A stretch of 64,000 nucleotides of DNA from the human T2T-CHM13v2.0 reference genome, Homo sapiens, in NCBI RefSeq assembly GCF_009914755.1, contig NC_060926.1. The stretch is one strand, 5' to 3'. Position 1 is the stretch's first letter. Each line of letters starts with the position of its first letter. Under the pieces are notes generated by a model. It was given only the letters and a program-made list of their open reading frames with translations. It made no database searches and was not told the DNA's origin. Below, piece after piece: positions 28,750 to 43,367 of the stretch. A program made the position numbers and the translations under genes.

Positions 28750-29640
28750 GTTGGGTGAAAAGATGGATGGATGGATGAATGGATGGAAGAATGAAAGGAT
28801 GGATGAATGGATGGAAGGAAGGATGATGGATGGAAGGATGGATGAAAGAATGAAAGAATGGATGGATCGATAGATGGATCAGTGAATGGAAAGATAGAAG
28901 GATGGGCCAAAAGTGGTGGCTCACGCCTGTAATCCCAGCACTTTGGGAGGCCGAGGAGGGTAGATCACTTGAGGTCAGGAGTTCGATACCAACCTGGCCA
29001 ACATGGTGAAACCCCATCTCTACTAAAAATACAAAAATTAGCTGGGCACGGTGGTGAGCACCTCTAATCCCAGCTACTCAGGAGGCTGATACAGGATAAT
29101 TGCTTGAACCAGAGAGGCGGAGGTTGCAGTGAGCCGAGATCAGGCCACTGCACTCCACTGTGGGCCACAGAGCAAGACTCTGTCTCAAAAAAAAAAAAAA
29201 AAAAAAGGAAAAGAAAAAAGGTGGAAGGATGGAGGATGAATGGATGGATGAGTGGATGGAAGGATGAATGGAAAGGATGAAAGGGTAAGTGGTGGATGAA
29301 TGGATGGAAAGATGGAAGGATTGGGTTGATGAATGAATGGATGAAAGGAAGGATGGGTGAATGGATGGATGGATGGATGGATGAGTGGATGGATAGGATG
29401 AATGAAAGGATGGACGGATGAATGGATAGATGGATAAATGGGTGGATAAATGAATTGATAAATGGATGGAGGGATGGATTGATGAATGGATGGATGAAAG
29501 GATGGAAGGATGGATGAAAGAAAGGAAGGGTGGATAAATCAATTGATGGACAGACAAATGGATAGGCAGATGGATGAATAACAGGAATGATAGATGGATG
29601 GATGGATGAATGGATCAATGGATGGATGAATGGATGAATA
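28750..29640. repeat. Degenerate (TGGA/TGAA)n simple repeat interrupted by an Alu
   Basis: Long runs of gatggatggatgaatgga. Confidence 0.92.
28905..29219 (+). mobile_element. Alu SINE inserted in a (TGGA)n tract
   Basis: Alu dimer and poly-A, with GGAT repeats on both sides. Confidence 0.95.
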
Positions 29641-29965
29641 TGTCCTCTATGATTTTCCCTTTCAGGCTCTCATCCATTTGTTATAAGGTAACACTTAAAG
29701 TCCCTTTCCTCCTGGAAACTATAGGGTGGTGCCTACAGGAATTCTCTGCCACTAGTATCAGAGCAGTGGACTCCTTGTCTCTCCTGCTCAGATCAGGAGT
29801 GCTTTAATTCTATTAGTATGATTTAGGATGAGGCCTACTTTTCTTTTGTTTGTAGTCTCCTCCCACTGTTGAGTCATTCTGAGTCCTCAGTGAGCTAACA
29901 CCTCCATACCTTCTTGGACATGTTACAGTTAAGCCATGACCTCCAGCTTGTATAAGAGCAACCGA

Positions 29966-30090
29966 TTTTTTTTTAAAGAGATGGGATCTCACTATGTTGC
30001 CCAGGCTAGCCTCAAATTACTGGGATCAAATGATCCTCCCGCCTTATCTGCCCAAGGACCTAGGACTACAGGTGTGTGCCACACCTGGCT
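29966..30090 (-). mobile_element. Alu monomer (FLAM-like)
   Basis: Single ~125-nt reverse monomer with poly-T. Confidence 0.8.
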
Positions 30091-30933
30091 GTGATTTTTT
30101 AACCCAAGATATTACTTAGCCACTGTTCCAGCGTGTTCAAATCCTTCTGAATTCTTCTCATGGCCCAGAGAGAAGGATGACAACTACTTTTATTGAACAC
30201 CTTATAGTGATAACGCTCGTATGGCAGGTGTACTTCACTTGTGGAGTGCAAGCTCCATGAAGGTAGGCACCCCGCCCTCTGCATCACCTAATTCAGTACC
30301 TGATACACAATCGACGCTTAGTAAACATTTGTTGAATGAGTGAGTGAATATCTATCTCATTTAATTCACACAGCTGCCCTTTGAGGTAAATACTTGTCCT
30401 TTTCACACATGAGCACATTGAAATCAGAGAGGTTATGTAACCTTTCCAGGGTCACACAGTAGATGACTGACCTGAGTGTCTGAGATCAGGCTTGCCTGAC
30501 TCCTAAACCACCACCCCAAACTGTCAAGCCTGCCCTCAGGGCTACAGAGTGTCTCTTGGAGGAGATCATCAGCCCCTCCACCTTTCGCCTCTCCAGTGGG
30601 TAACTGTACCCCAGCGTGGCATTGAGGGAGACTTAAAGCTTTAAGTCTTTAAGACAGGAAGCTTTGATGGGGTTGGAGACAGCAGAGGTGATAGGAGGGT
30701 GGAGTGTTCTTGGCTGACAGCAGCTGGGAGAACTGGGGGATTCTGAAGACAAGAAGAGGGATCAAAATGGGGATCAAAGACCAGCCCAAGACTTCTTCGG
30801 TCTTTGAAGATCAATCCAGGGCAGGTTGGGAGTGTAGGTCCCCTTTTTAAGCCCCAAACAGAGGGTAGCCCAAGGAGAAGAGCAGGCTCCCAGCCCGTCC
30901 AGGCCCAGCCCCTCCTGCCCCATCCCACACTTA

Positions 30934-31116
<183 letters not shown>

Positions 31117-32999
31117 TCAGAGTGGCCCCTCACTTGGGCCCAGTGCTCCCCAGGGACAAAGCATTGACACCTGGAATCTCATTTAGTTCCAACAACCACC
31201 TTGTAGAGCCGGCATTGTTGCCCACTCCTCTTTCAAAGATGGTGCTCAGAGATGTTGGAGGACCTGCCCAAGGTCATGTGGTAGGTGAAGAGCCTGGACC
31301 TACCAGGACTTTTGACTCCCTACACAGCGCTGCTTCCATGGCCTCCCAGCTCCTGAGGGGGGTTGGGAGAGGGTGGTGCAACCAGGGTGGTGGTCGGGTC
31401 CCAGGGAGACAGCAAGGAATGTGGGTGTGAGCCTGGTTTTTGGTGGGTGCTGAATGGAGCTGTGAGCTTCCAGCTCTCTCTCATCAGAATCACCCTGACT
31501 GGCACAGGCTGTGCCCCAGACTCCTGTGTTGAGTTCAAACCACTCCTCACTCTGCCAGTGGTAACACTGGGGACAGGTTTGAGCTGATTAGTGTTATTGG
31601 GGTCAGGCCCACAGCCTGTCCCCAACTCATTGTTTCTAGATTCACCCTTACCACTTCTTCGTTGCTTCCTCCCTAACTCAATGTTAATGATGAGTAGGAA
31701 TTTGATTGGGATTTTTCCTGGTGCCCTAGAAGTGGCAACAATGGCTCAAAACAGAGGCTAAAGTGGCCCAGTGCCCCATTCTGTAAAAAGCTGCCAATGG
31801 GCAGAGCCAGACATCTTCCTAGGGCTTCCTCAAAGGCCCTGTTACCTCCAACCATCACCCAGCCCACCTTCCTGGGATGGGAAAGAAGACTGGGCAAGGG
31901 AAAGGTGGGAAGAATTCTGTCCTAGGCGTAGTGTTTTTGTGGTACTTCTTGGGGAAACAGCTCATGGTGATTAGATACCTGCAAGAGGGGCAGCATGGCA
32001 TGCAAATCCCCAGTGGCATCTGCAGGGCAGTGGACTGGCAGGAGACCCATAGAGTACAGCAGGGCAAGGAGCCCAGCCTGCCACTGTTGGCTGTGGCAAG
32101 TCATCTATTTGCGCTCCATTGGCCAAGTGGGGTAGAGTGATATGAGGACAGTTTTTCCATGGGCTGCCCACCAGGGGAGGATGTGGAGGGCCTCAGCAGG
32201 GGTCCCTGTCCCACTCCACATCCTGAGCCACAAGCATGAGGGAAGGAGGATGGCCAGGGGTGAACAGGATGCCAGACTGGAGTAGGAAGCCCTTCTGGAC
32301 AGGACCAGACAACGCTGAGGTCTGCTCAAGACGCTGTGGAGAGACCGTGTCAGGGAGGATTTTGACAGATCTGGTAGAAGGCAGTGACTTTTTATTTTTT
32401 AGTTCCATTTTTATACCCTACCAAATTCAGACTGCTCAATAGTCCAGTAATAAATAATAATAGTAATAATCGCTGCCATTTCTGGGGAACTTTTTCTTAT
32501 GCAGAGGTCTGAATGCTCTACGTGCATATTCATTCATTTAGTCTTTCCAATGGCCGGAGAGGTGGGTAATGGCTTCTGTGCTCTATAAACAAGGAACTCG
32601 GCCTCAGAGCAGATGCATGACTTGGAGCACTCTGTTGCTGGCTGAGCAGGCCCTCGGGAGGAGGCTTCTGTGAGCCCACCCTGCACGTTTGCCATTCCCA
32701 AAGCTGAGATTCCTTCTCCCAGCCTGGGGACTTGGAGGGCTTGGGCACACTGGGCCAGCACCGCGGGTCACTGCCCAGTGTGGGCAGGGCCTGTCTCAGG
32801 AAAACGGCCTTTGTGACATCTCCCTTCAGGACTGGCAAGGGAGGACCTGGCCTTGGCATGAGAGGGAGGAAGAAGCAGAGGAGCGGGAGAGGGGTCTGCG
32901 GGGTGGGGTGGGGAGGGTTCTGAGCAGGGCCTAGGGAGGGCTTCAGAGGCGAGGTGGGCACAGGGCGGAGGGGTGCGCTGAGAGTCCCAGGAAGTGGAG

Positions 33000-33065
33000 G
33001 CAGCCCGGCCCACAGGCCTCATTCAGCGGCTGCAGCCCGGCCCACAGGCCTCATTCAGCGGCTGC
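33000..33065. repeat. Perfect 32-bp tandem duplication
   Basis: GCAGCCCGGCCCACAGGCCTCATTCAGCGGCT twice (33000-33031, 33032-33063). Confidence 0.97.
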
Positions 33066-34946
33066 GGCTCCAGCTTCTGGATGCCTCTGGCAGCTCAGCA
33101 GAGTGTGTGGTTTTCTTAATGAAGCTGCTTTTATGGGGCTGCAGGGAAATAAAGCAGCCCAGGAAGGCCCAGCTCATCAGCCAGGGCGCTGTGTGGGAGT
33201 CGGGGGGCCGCAGGAGCCACCGAGATTCGGTTTACTGGGGATGAAGAGGGGAGGGGTGATTGGTCCCCCTGAGGGTCTGTGGGTGGGATTTTGGCATTGG
33301 AAGGAGAGAAAGATCAGGAGAAAAAGGACATGACTTTGGAGATGGCCCTGTGAAAGGGAGGTGGGGTGTTGAACGGTGGCGGGAGGCTGAGGCTAAGGGA
33401 CCTGGGGAGGGAGGCTGCCTGGCTGCGGGGCGAGGGCCAGTTTGTTGAGTGAGAGTCGGGGGACAGGGAGGGCACAGGAGACAGGGGGCTTCCGGGGCCC
33501 CTGACTGCAGATGAGAATAATCAGGGGAAGCGTGTGTAGGTGTGTGGCTCAGGTGCCCTTTCAGAAATTCGTCAGCCGGGTCTGGGCAGTCCATGCCTAT
33601 GTCAGCGGGGAATGTTCTTCTTGGAGGCTTTCCGGGTGAGGGAGAAGACAGGGTCCTCACTGAGTCACAGCAGCTTCTTCGGTCTCTGACTTGCTCCCAC
33701 CTTACAGATTCCTTTCTTTCCTCCCCTGTCTCCCTCCCGCATTTTCCACCCACACGAGGCTTTCCCCTCATTTCTTTTCCTTCCCTCCCGCATCATTCGT
33801 CTGCTTTCTTCTCCTCACCACATCTGTTTTCTTTCATCAGTTTCTCTCTCTGTCTCTATCTCTCCCTTTGTCTCTGTCTCCCTCTGTCTTTCTCAGGGGT
33901 TCTTCATCTTGGCTGGAACTGCAATCCATTCCAGAAGCTTTTAAAAATCCCAAGGCCCAGCCTGGAGACCGATCAAGCCGGCACCTCTAGGTGGGGTCCT
34001 GGCATCAGTGTGGGGCCTCGGAGGGTGACGGGCCTCTTGGCTGGAGGGAAGTGACTCAGGGTCTGGGACTGGGGGTTACTCCCATTTGGCCTCCCTGGAA
34101 GTAGAGGCATGGGCTGTAAGAAGGAGACTTTTGGGGTTGAATTTTCCTCTCTTTTTATCTCTCCTTTGTTAAAACTTTTCAGTGGCTCCTCTACAGCTCC
34201 CTGAAAGAGGTGGGGATTCCCCTTCCTAGCACCCAGAGGCCCCCTTGCTGTGCCCAGACAGCATTTCCAGCCCCATCTCCCATTGCTGACACCTTCCTTT
34301 GCTGAGGCAGCCTCTGTGAGCTCTGGGCACCTCACAGAGCTCCAAAGGACATGCCCACCCTTTGCTTCTTTTTTGTTCTTCTGACAACACCGAGGCTTGT
34401 ATCTCACGCAGACTGGGAGTCTCCGTGGTGTTGCAGAAACTCTGAGTTTGAGTCAGGAGACTTGAGTTCTAGCCCTGGCTCTGCCACTCACTAGCTGTGC
34501 CTCAGCTTCCCCATCTGTGAAAAGAGGGGGGTGACAATATCTACCTTAGAGGGCTATTGAGAGAATCAAATGGGATCTCACAGGTGACAGCAGTCGTAAG
34601 TGACACAGCACGGCAGAATGTGTTTAGTTTAGATCTTCCCAGTGGGAACTCTGTGCAGGTCTGCAACTGCCTTGTCTCCTTGTCATGCCACCTCCCTCCC
34701 CTTCGCCGCCATCACTTTCCTCTTCTGCCTCGGCCTGTGGATTTCACGTGTCTCTTTCACTGCATCTTCTCTTCCCTAATTTCATTTTTCATTGTCTCCT
34801 CATTTTTGTGGTTATGTCCTTTCCTCCATTTGGGGTGATATGCTGAGAACACAGCAAGACGAGATGAGGATTTTGAGGGTTTGGGAGCTACACTCCTCTC
34901 CTGACTATGGTATTGAACTTGTGAGCTATTAGATTGAAGGAAAGGG

Positions 34947-35283
<337 letters not shown>

Positions 35284-36107
35284 TCATCTGGGTAGGACTT
35301 AGTACTTCCAGAGCACATTTACCCATAACCAAGCTCACAGCAACATGGCAAAGATGTGCTCCTTTTACAAGTGGGAAAGTGGAGAGGCGAGAGTTGCCCG
35401 CGGGCACAAGGCTGGTTGGTGGCAGAGGCAGGATTCAAACTCAAGTCTCAGGATGCTTAGTCTGGAGTTCAGTCCTCAGGGCTTAATCCACTACACTGAA
35501 TCCTCTCCTGAAGCCTGGTACTGCTGGGGGACTCAAGTAGCAGTTAAGCCAAACACAGTCACTCAAGATGTCACGAGCCAGCAAGCCCCATGCTGGGGGC
35601 GAACATTTGCTGAGCACTTGCTGTGTGCCAGGCTCTGTGCATGACGCTGTGCAGAACGCAGGGATGCAGGGTTGTTTCTCAGTCCTGGGGATGGTCCTGG
35701 ATAGTTCTGGAGACAGACACAGACCTGGAATAGCAGCCTGGGATAGGACTGTTGACAGAAGCAAGGTGGTAGGTAGTACAGATAGGGAGGGAAAGAGGGC
35801 CTCTGTTGGAGGGAGTGATCTCAGGAGCCCGGGGAGTGCTGAGTCCTGACCCAGTTTCCTGGTCTAGGCTTAGCCCTGACCTGGCTGGTGCTGGCCGGGG
35901 CACAGGGTTCTGCATCCTATCAGCCCCAGTGATCTAGGACTCTGCAAAAAAGGTTTCCCTGATGTACCTTGGAGAATGATCTGGATTATGTCCAGCTTGG
36001 CCGCTGAGTGGGCCTGGAACCATCCTAAATCAGCAAGGTAGCATCCTTAAAGGGACAGGGCTATAGGTTTGGGGGAAAATATTGAGATGCACTACAAAGC
36101 TTTAGAG

Positions 36108-36451
36108 CAGGGGTCCCCATATCCCGGGCCACAGACCAGTACCAGTCCATGGCCTGTTAGGAGCAGAGCCACACAGCAAGAGGTGAGCCGCGGGTGAGCG
36201 AGCATTCCCGCCTAAGCTCCATCTAATGTCAGATCAGTGACAGCATTAGATTCTCATAGGAGTGTGAACCCTACTGTGAACAACATATGCAAGAGATCTA
36301 GGCTGTGCACTCCTTAAGAGAATCTAATGCCTGATGTTCTGAGGAGGAACAGTTTCATCCCAAATAACCCCCAGCCACCACCATCCCAGTCTGTGGAAAA
36401 ACTGTCTTCCACGAAACCAGCCCCTGGTGCCAAAAAGGTTGGGGACTGCTG
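36108..36451 (+). mobile_element. MER1B-like hAT-Charlie DNA transposon fossil
   Basis: Termini CAGGGGTCCCCA...TGGGGACTGCTG; perfect 8-bp TSD CTTTAGAG (36100-36107, 36452-36459). Confidence 0.88.
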
Positions 36452-39400
36452 CTTTAGAGTACAATGGAAAGAGACGGATTTGCAAGCTTAAAGGCCTGGG
36501 CTCAGTATCCCGAGTGTGGCTATTTCACTTTCCCAGGGCACAAAGGCTGGGTCTCTGTGTCTCTGTCTCTCTCTCTCTGTTTCTGTCTTTGTCTCTGTCT
36601 CTTTCCCCAGCTTCTTTAGAGTTGTAAGTTAAATGTAGGATCTCAGATCTCAGCTGGTCTTCTTGGGCAATTCTCTTCCCCACTCTAAGACCTGTTTCTT
36701 CAACTGCAAGACAAGAGGGTTAAACTAGATGATCTCTAACCTTAGAGATCAAGGTGATCTAAAGTCCCTTTAGGTGATCTCATCTGTGCCTTGCCTGCTT
36801 CCTTTCTATCCAGGCCACAGCAAAGGGCTTGATGTACCACTAGCCCTGCTGAGCCCACTCGGTCTGGGCACAGGCCTGCGGTGACAGGTGCCAGTCCTAG
36901 TGAACGTCACTGTTTTTTTCATTCTTTCACTCGGCAACATTTTCTCAACTCCATGCTGGGTGCCAGGCCAATGACGAACAAGACAGGTGCGTTTCTGGCC
37001 TCCAGGAGGTAACAGCCATGACTTCCTGGTACAAGCAGAAAGGGGCAGATAAGGCCAAACTCCCCTGCCCTGTCATCCCCCAGGCTGGAGACCTCTTCTT
37101 CCTCTTGGCTCAGAAGGCCCAGGGTCCCTCCTTGTTTGTAGTGGGTCCATCTGCCCGCTAGACTGAGCCCCTTGAGGGCAGGGCTGAGTCTTGTCTACTT
37201 TACAAATGACCATAGGTCCTGGAATCAGATAGACTCGGGTTTAAATCCTGTTGTGGCTCCTTATCACCTAGGATGCTACCAATCCAGCAAGTTCTAGTGA
37301 GTCTAATGCTTGTGTCAAGCTCTCAGCCCATCTTGCCACACACTAAGTGCTCAGTAAATAGCAGCAGTTCTTCTTATCATTGGCACAAGTACTATTGTTA
37401 CTCTGGCCTCTCCCCTGGGGCCTGCTCCACACAGGGCCTGTGTTAGAGCCAAACCAAACTGGCTAAAGGTGGCTACTCCTGTTTCCCCAGGTCACAAAGG
37501 CTGGGTCTTTCTCTGTCTCTCCCTAGCTTTTCCAGAGTTGTAGGTTAAATGTAGGGGCTCAGGTTCCAGCCTCTGGGAAAGGAGACACCATGTCCAGGCT
37601 CTGTTTCCACCCATTGTTGTAGAGAGCATTGTCTTTCTTCCATGGCATCCTCCTCCCCACTCAGGTTCCTAAGCCCAGCTGCTGCAGCCCCTCTCACCCA
37701 TGCCTGAGCAGAGGAGGGGCCCCTCCCTTGCTTGGAACCCCTTACCTAGTAGAGCTGTGAGAGACATTTGCTTTCTTGTCTCTCATTTCATCTTTTTTTA
37801 GCCTTGTGACAGTCCCGTGGGGCAGATAGAGCAGGGAGCATATCTCTCTTTTACAGAAGGGGAATCCAAAGCCCAAAGAGGTTCCTCAGCAAGGACTGTG
37901 GTGTAGGTCTCATGACTCCCAGGCCAGTGTGTCTCACTAAGCTGGCTCCGGCAGGCCCTGGGCAGAGTAAGACGGAGAGAAGAGGCTTTCTGGAAAGTCA
38001 AGAAGGTTCAGGGGGATTTGAAAGGGCTCTTTCCCAGGATATTCTGGAACCACTGGCAGGCAGATTCTTTCAGGGGGAAGCCAGGGAAGTTTACAACTTG
38101 TCCACTGGGTCTAGGGAGAAAGGTTAAAGCCAGGGTATGGCTCCAGGCTACCTTTGGGACTGGGCTGACCCAGGCCTCCGGGCCGTTCCTGAACAGGGAA
38201 TGGGAGGGTGGCCTTCCTGCTTTGTGGGATGTGCACTGCTGACCATTGGTGGCCAGGGCTGAGGCCACTTTGCCCAGGGAGAAATGGAGGCAGGGGGTGT
38301 GGAGAGACTCCAACACGGGCCTTGCAGGGGTGGTGGGAGTCAGGCCCTATCACTGTATCCAGAGAGGGCTTAGGTCTAATCTATGCATGAATTCAGAACC
38401 CTGGCTTGGCCGCTTCCAGCTCTGTCACCTGGGGAAGGGTAGTTACCATCTGAGCCTAATTTCGTCTGTGGATGATTTCGGAGATTGAGTGGAAGGGGCA
38501 TGGCTCGGGAAGCAGCTCAGTGCTGCTGCTGGGGCTGCCACCATCTTCCCACGGGGCTCCCAGGTGGGAAGTGCGGGATGGCCTGAGCATTGCAAGTCAT
38601 TCTGCATCCTTGCTCCCCACCCCACTAAATGCCAGTAGGCTCCTCATTGCAACAACCAGAAACTTCCCTGTCTCCCCAGTGGGCGGGCAGCACTTTCCCC
38701 GGGCAGGAGCCTCTTCTCCCCATCGCGTGCCCTGCTCTCTGACCCTAGTCATGTGCTTCTTCCATAACTGCTTCTGCCCTGCCCCAGTCTCTCCACACTG
38801 ACTCTGGCTACCCCATCCCTAAGCTCCCATACAAATCATCATGGGGTGTTGAGCCCAGGTTCCTGCCTCTGGGATATCTCAAGCCCGGCCTGGCATGCAC
38901 TAGATGCTCGGAATGTGGCCCCTTGTTCAGGGCCAGCAGAGACAGACTCTCCCCCTGAGGCAGGCTGGGCGGAGTTGGGAAGAGGAACGACATGGTGATT
39001 AACTTTGAATGTCGTGCATACCTGTGGCTCAGGTGTCCAAGGCGCTGGGCATGGAAAAGGGTGGCAGTGCCCTTGGAAGGGGCATCAGGTTGCCCCCTGG
39101 CTGAACGCCTGGGCTGACATATCCCCTGGGAGTCTTGGGAGGAGGGAGTCAGATGCTGTGCCTGGTGGATTAGTGGGCAGAAGCCCAGGGAGGTAGGACT
39201 ATGGGAAACTGGGCCAGGCTGCTGGCATCTTCTCCCAGCCAGCCCAGTGCCCTGACTGAGGAAATGGGGAGGGGAGGGAGCAGGCCGGGTGTGTAATGGG
39301 GCAAGCCTGAAGCATCTATGACAGCTGTCTCAGTGGGCAGCCATGATTCCACTCTCACCATAACCCTTCATTTTGTTCATCATTTCACAGAGACCTTCAC

Positions 39401-40850
39401 ACCCATCACCAACCCCATTTGACAAAGATGGTGGCAGGTTTAGAAACTGAGGTCATTGTACAGCCAGGAGGGGGAGAAGGTAAGGACAGAAACTTCCTTA
39501 GCTCTAGTGATTCACTTTAAATGAGTGATTCACCTGTCCTGCATAGCAGTGGGGACGTACCAGGGAGGTCGTGGCAACTGCGCCCTGAAGTGGTTGGGGA
39601 GGGTGTGGTGCTGGGCCGCGATGGTTGATGGCTGTGCCTAAGCCTGAGTGAGGAGCGAGGTTTTGCTCCCTGTGTCTCCAGCTCTGGGTCGATGGACACA
39701 GCCACATCGTGTGGCCTGGTTTCTGGAGGAGGGGGAGACAGCTGGTGCCAAGTGTCAGCCTGGTGGCTGCTCAGCCGAACGCCAGCAGCCAACCTCAAGA
39801 GGCACAGTCTGCTATGAGGCCCTTCCCAGCCCCCACAGAGCCAAGCGGGAGAGCCAACCCCAGGAGAGAGGGGGTACACTATTTGAGGGTCACTACATGG
39901 CTTCCAGTTTGTGCTAAGATGGTGACGGATGACTGCTGGCCCTCACTCCAAAGTCATCCCTGGAGAACCTACAGCAGCCAGAGGGGAATATAGATTCTGG
40001 AAGCAGCAAACACATAGACGAAAGAATGTGAGGAGGCGGAGGAGGCCGCAGGCTGCTCGAGCTGGTGTGTGTGTGTGAGGATAGGGCTCCCAGCCCGGCC
40101 AGGTACCGAGGGGAAGGGCAGGGAGAGGGAAGCGTTGTAAGTCCTCTCACTGCTCCTGGGCACCCCTGTGGGATGGTGTCGCCTGCTCCTTTGCTGATAA
40201 AATTGTGACAACAGCCCAGCTGGAGTGAGGATTGAGAAAAATCGTTGTCAATAGACCAGCAGCTCACGTCTTTTCTCATGGAACCCCCAGAGCTGTTTCT
40301 GAAAATCCAGACTGTCTTCTGTTCCCTATGCTTCCCCTCAAGGTCTGGAGATGGCGCCCTCACTCAGGTGGGGTGCTTGACAATGTTTCCCTGGTGACTG
40401 GGGCTCCTACCTCAGTGCCCGGGGCTGCCCTGCTCTTCAACCCCTGGGGACTGACACAGACTGGCCTTTGCGACGTCCCCAACACTCGCCTGCCTCGTTG
40501 GGCCCTCAGCTGGTGGCTCACATTCAGGTCTACAGCACCCGTGGGCTCTTTCTCCACAGGGAATAACAGGCCCAGACCCAGCAGGGCCGTCGAGGTGGGC
40601 GAGGCTGCTGTTCCCCGTGTCATTTGCACACGGGCCTCACCTGTGCAGAGGTTTCTGGGGGGAACATGGGGGAGGGAGTTCCTGCACACCCTCCTTACCA
40701 CCTCCTTCAGGAAGCAGCTGAGAGGTGAGGGGCTCAGAGCAGGCCAGTGCCTGGGATTTGGGGCCAGTGTGTGCCCGCAAGAGGCAGCGAAGGGTGGCTG
40801 TTCCCCTCTGGGCTCAGGGCTGAGGGAGGGGGGAGTCTTGGGCCTCCTAC

Positions 40851-40909
40851 CTCATCAAAGTCAGCCACATCCTCACAGTTCTCCAGGACCCGAGAGTAGA
40901 AGGATTGCC
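40851..40909 (-). CDS. OTOF: OTOF exon 2 (59 nt; GQSFYSRVLENCEDVADFDE)
   Basis: Acceptor tttccccacag|GG, donor GAG|gtagg; frame continues from exon 1. Confidence 0.97.
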
Positions 40910-41905
40910 CTGTGGGGAAAGAGGAAATAAATTCTAGGGTCAGAGCTGTCCAGACGATGAGCATGGGGTCAGACCTCCTCATCCTGGGAGTCGTCCTAAC
41001 AGCATTTGACTTTTCATGCAACATGGGACCTCGTGGCTTGCTCACCTCTCCCAGGGTGAGGCCAGTCCCCATGCGGCTTCTTCTCTGACCCTCTCAGCAG
41101 CCTCGTGAGGGAAGCGGGTCAAAGGCCATGAGTTCCATGTTAGGAACGGGAATGCTAAGGCACAGAAGGCCCAGGCTGGTCAGAGTGGCCGTGGAAGCGG
41201 ACCTCAGGCACTCTTTTCCACCATGTTCTTCCTCCATGGATCTCTCAGCCTCCTCTGCAGCCTCCTCAGCTCTGCTGGTGGCTCCGGGCCCTGCTGCCCT
41301 GAGCAGAAGCCTAGTATAGGGGGCGTAGCCCCTGCCTGCCGACAGGGGTCTGTGAAGCCCAGCCTCCTTCTGCAGCCACCCCAGGGGTTCCTGCCCAAAC
41401 CAGGCCCCCAACAACAAGTCAGCTTCCAGACGGCCATTCCCCGTGGGCCAAGGGCCTTCCCCTTCCACCACTGTCATGGTTGTCCGTCTTCCTGTCAGCC
41501 TTAGCAGAGAAGACGGTCTCTGGCAGTTCCCTCCCGGGCTCTATTCCTGCCCCCACTTTCCCCACTGGCATGGGAAGTAGAGAGTGTGTGAGATGGACAC
41601 ACATTGTCCCAGGCTCCCCCATCCATACGCCACCCACTAGGGCATGTTGGGAGCACAGAGGTAAAGCTGCCCTCTTTGCTAGTCCAGCTGGAACTGGCCC
41701 AAGATGTGGGGAGAAATAAGTCAGGAGAGAATCGAGGGCAGGTCGAGGGGGCTCCAACGTGTGGGAAACACCAGCTAGTTCAGTTCACTTTGAGAAACAG
41801 CCGCTGGAGTCTCTGATGTTCTAGGCCATGTCCCGGGGCCTCGGGATAGAGGATGGACCAATGACAAAGGCACAGGCTCCCACCCACAGGTAGCTGATGG
41901 TCTAG

Positions 41906-42372
<467 letters not shown>

Positions 42373-42589
42373 TAATTTCTGTGAGGAGAAACCTAGAGAC
42401 AGGATGGGTTAAAGAAAAATTTGTTGCTTAGAATTAATTTATTATCCTGTGTCAATTCCATGGTAAGGGAAAAAAGGCAGCATGTATATTAGAACTCCAT
42501 TAATTAAAAAAAATACCAAAACCCAAATTATATGCATATATTTCTTCTATGAAGAGACAAACATCTCAAACCACTGAAAGTGGTTACCC

Positions 42590-42898
42590 CCCTGGGCGCA
42601 GTGGCTCACGCCTGTAATCCCAGCAATTTGGGAGGCCGAGGCGGGCGGATCACCTGAGGTCGGGAGTTCGAGACCTGCTTGACCAACATGGAGAAACCCC
42701 GTCTCTACTAAAAATACAAAAATAGCTGGGTGTGGTGGCACATGCCTGTAATCCCAGCTACTCAAGAGGCCGAGGCAGGAGAATCGCTTGAACCCAGGAG
42801 GCGGAGGTTGTGGTGGGCCGAGATTGCGCCATTGCACTCCAGCCTGGGCAACTAGTGAAACTCCATCTCAAAAAAGTTAAATAAATAAAATAAAAAAG
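42590..42898 (+). mobile_element. Alu SINE (AluSp-like)
   Basis: Dimer; TSD GAAAGTGGTTA(C/T)CCC. Confidence 0.94.
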
Positions 42899-43037
42899 AA
42901 AGTGGTTATCCCTGGGGAGGGAGAGTGAGAAGATATTGAAAGCAGCATACTTTGACGTGAGCCACTGCACCTGGCTGAAAGACAAACAAAACAAAACAAA
43001 ACAAAATGAAATGTGAATTTGAATTTTTTTTCAGTGA

Positions 43038-43367
<330 letters not shown>

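Noticed and set aside
29064-29618. His/Pro/Ile/Ser-rich ORFs
   Set aside because: Translations of the (TCCA)n repeat and an Alu
40232-40930. 232-aa ORF antisense to exon 2
   Set aside because: Non-ATG start, GC-rich, no homology recognised
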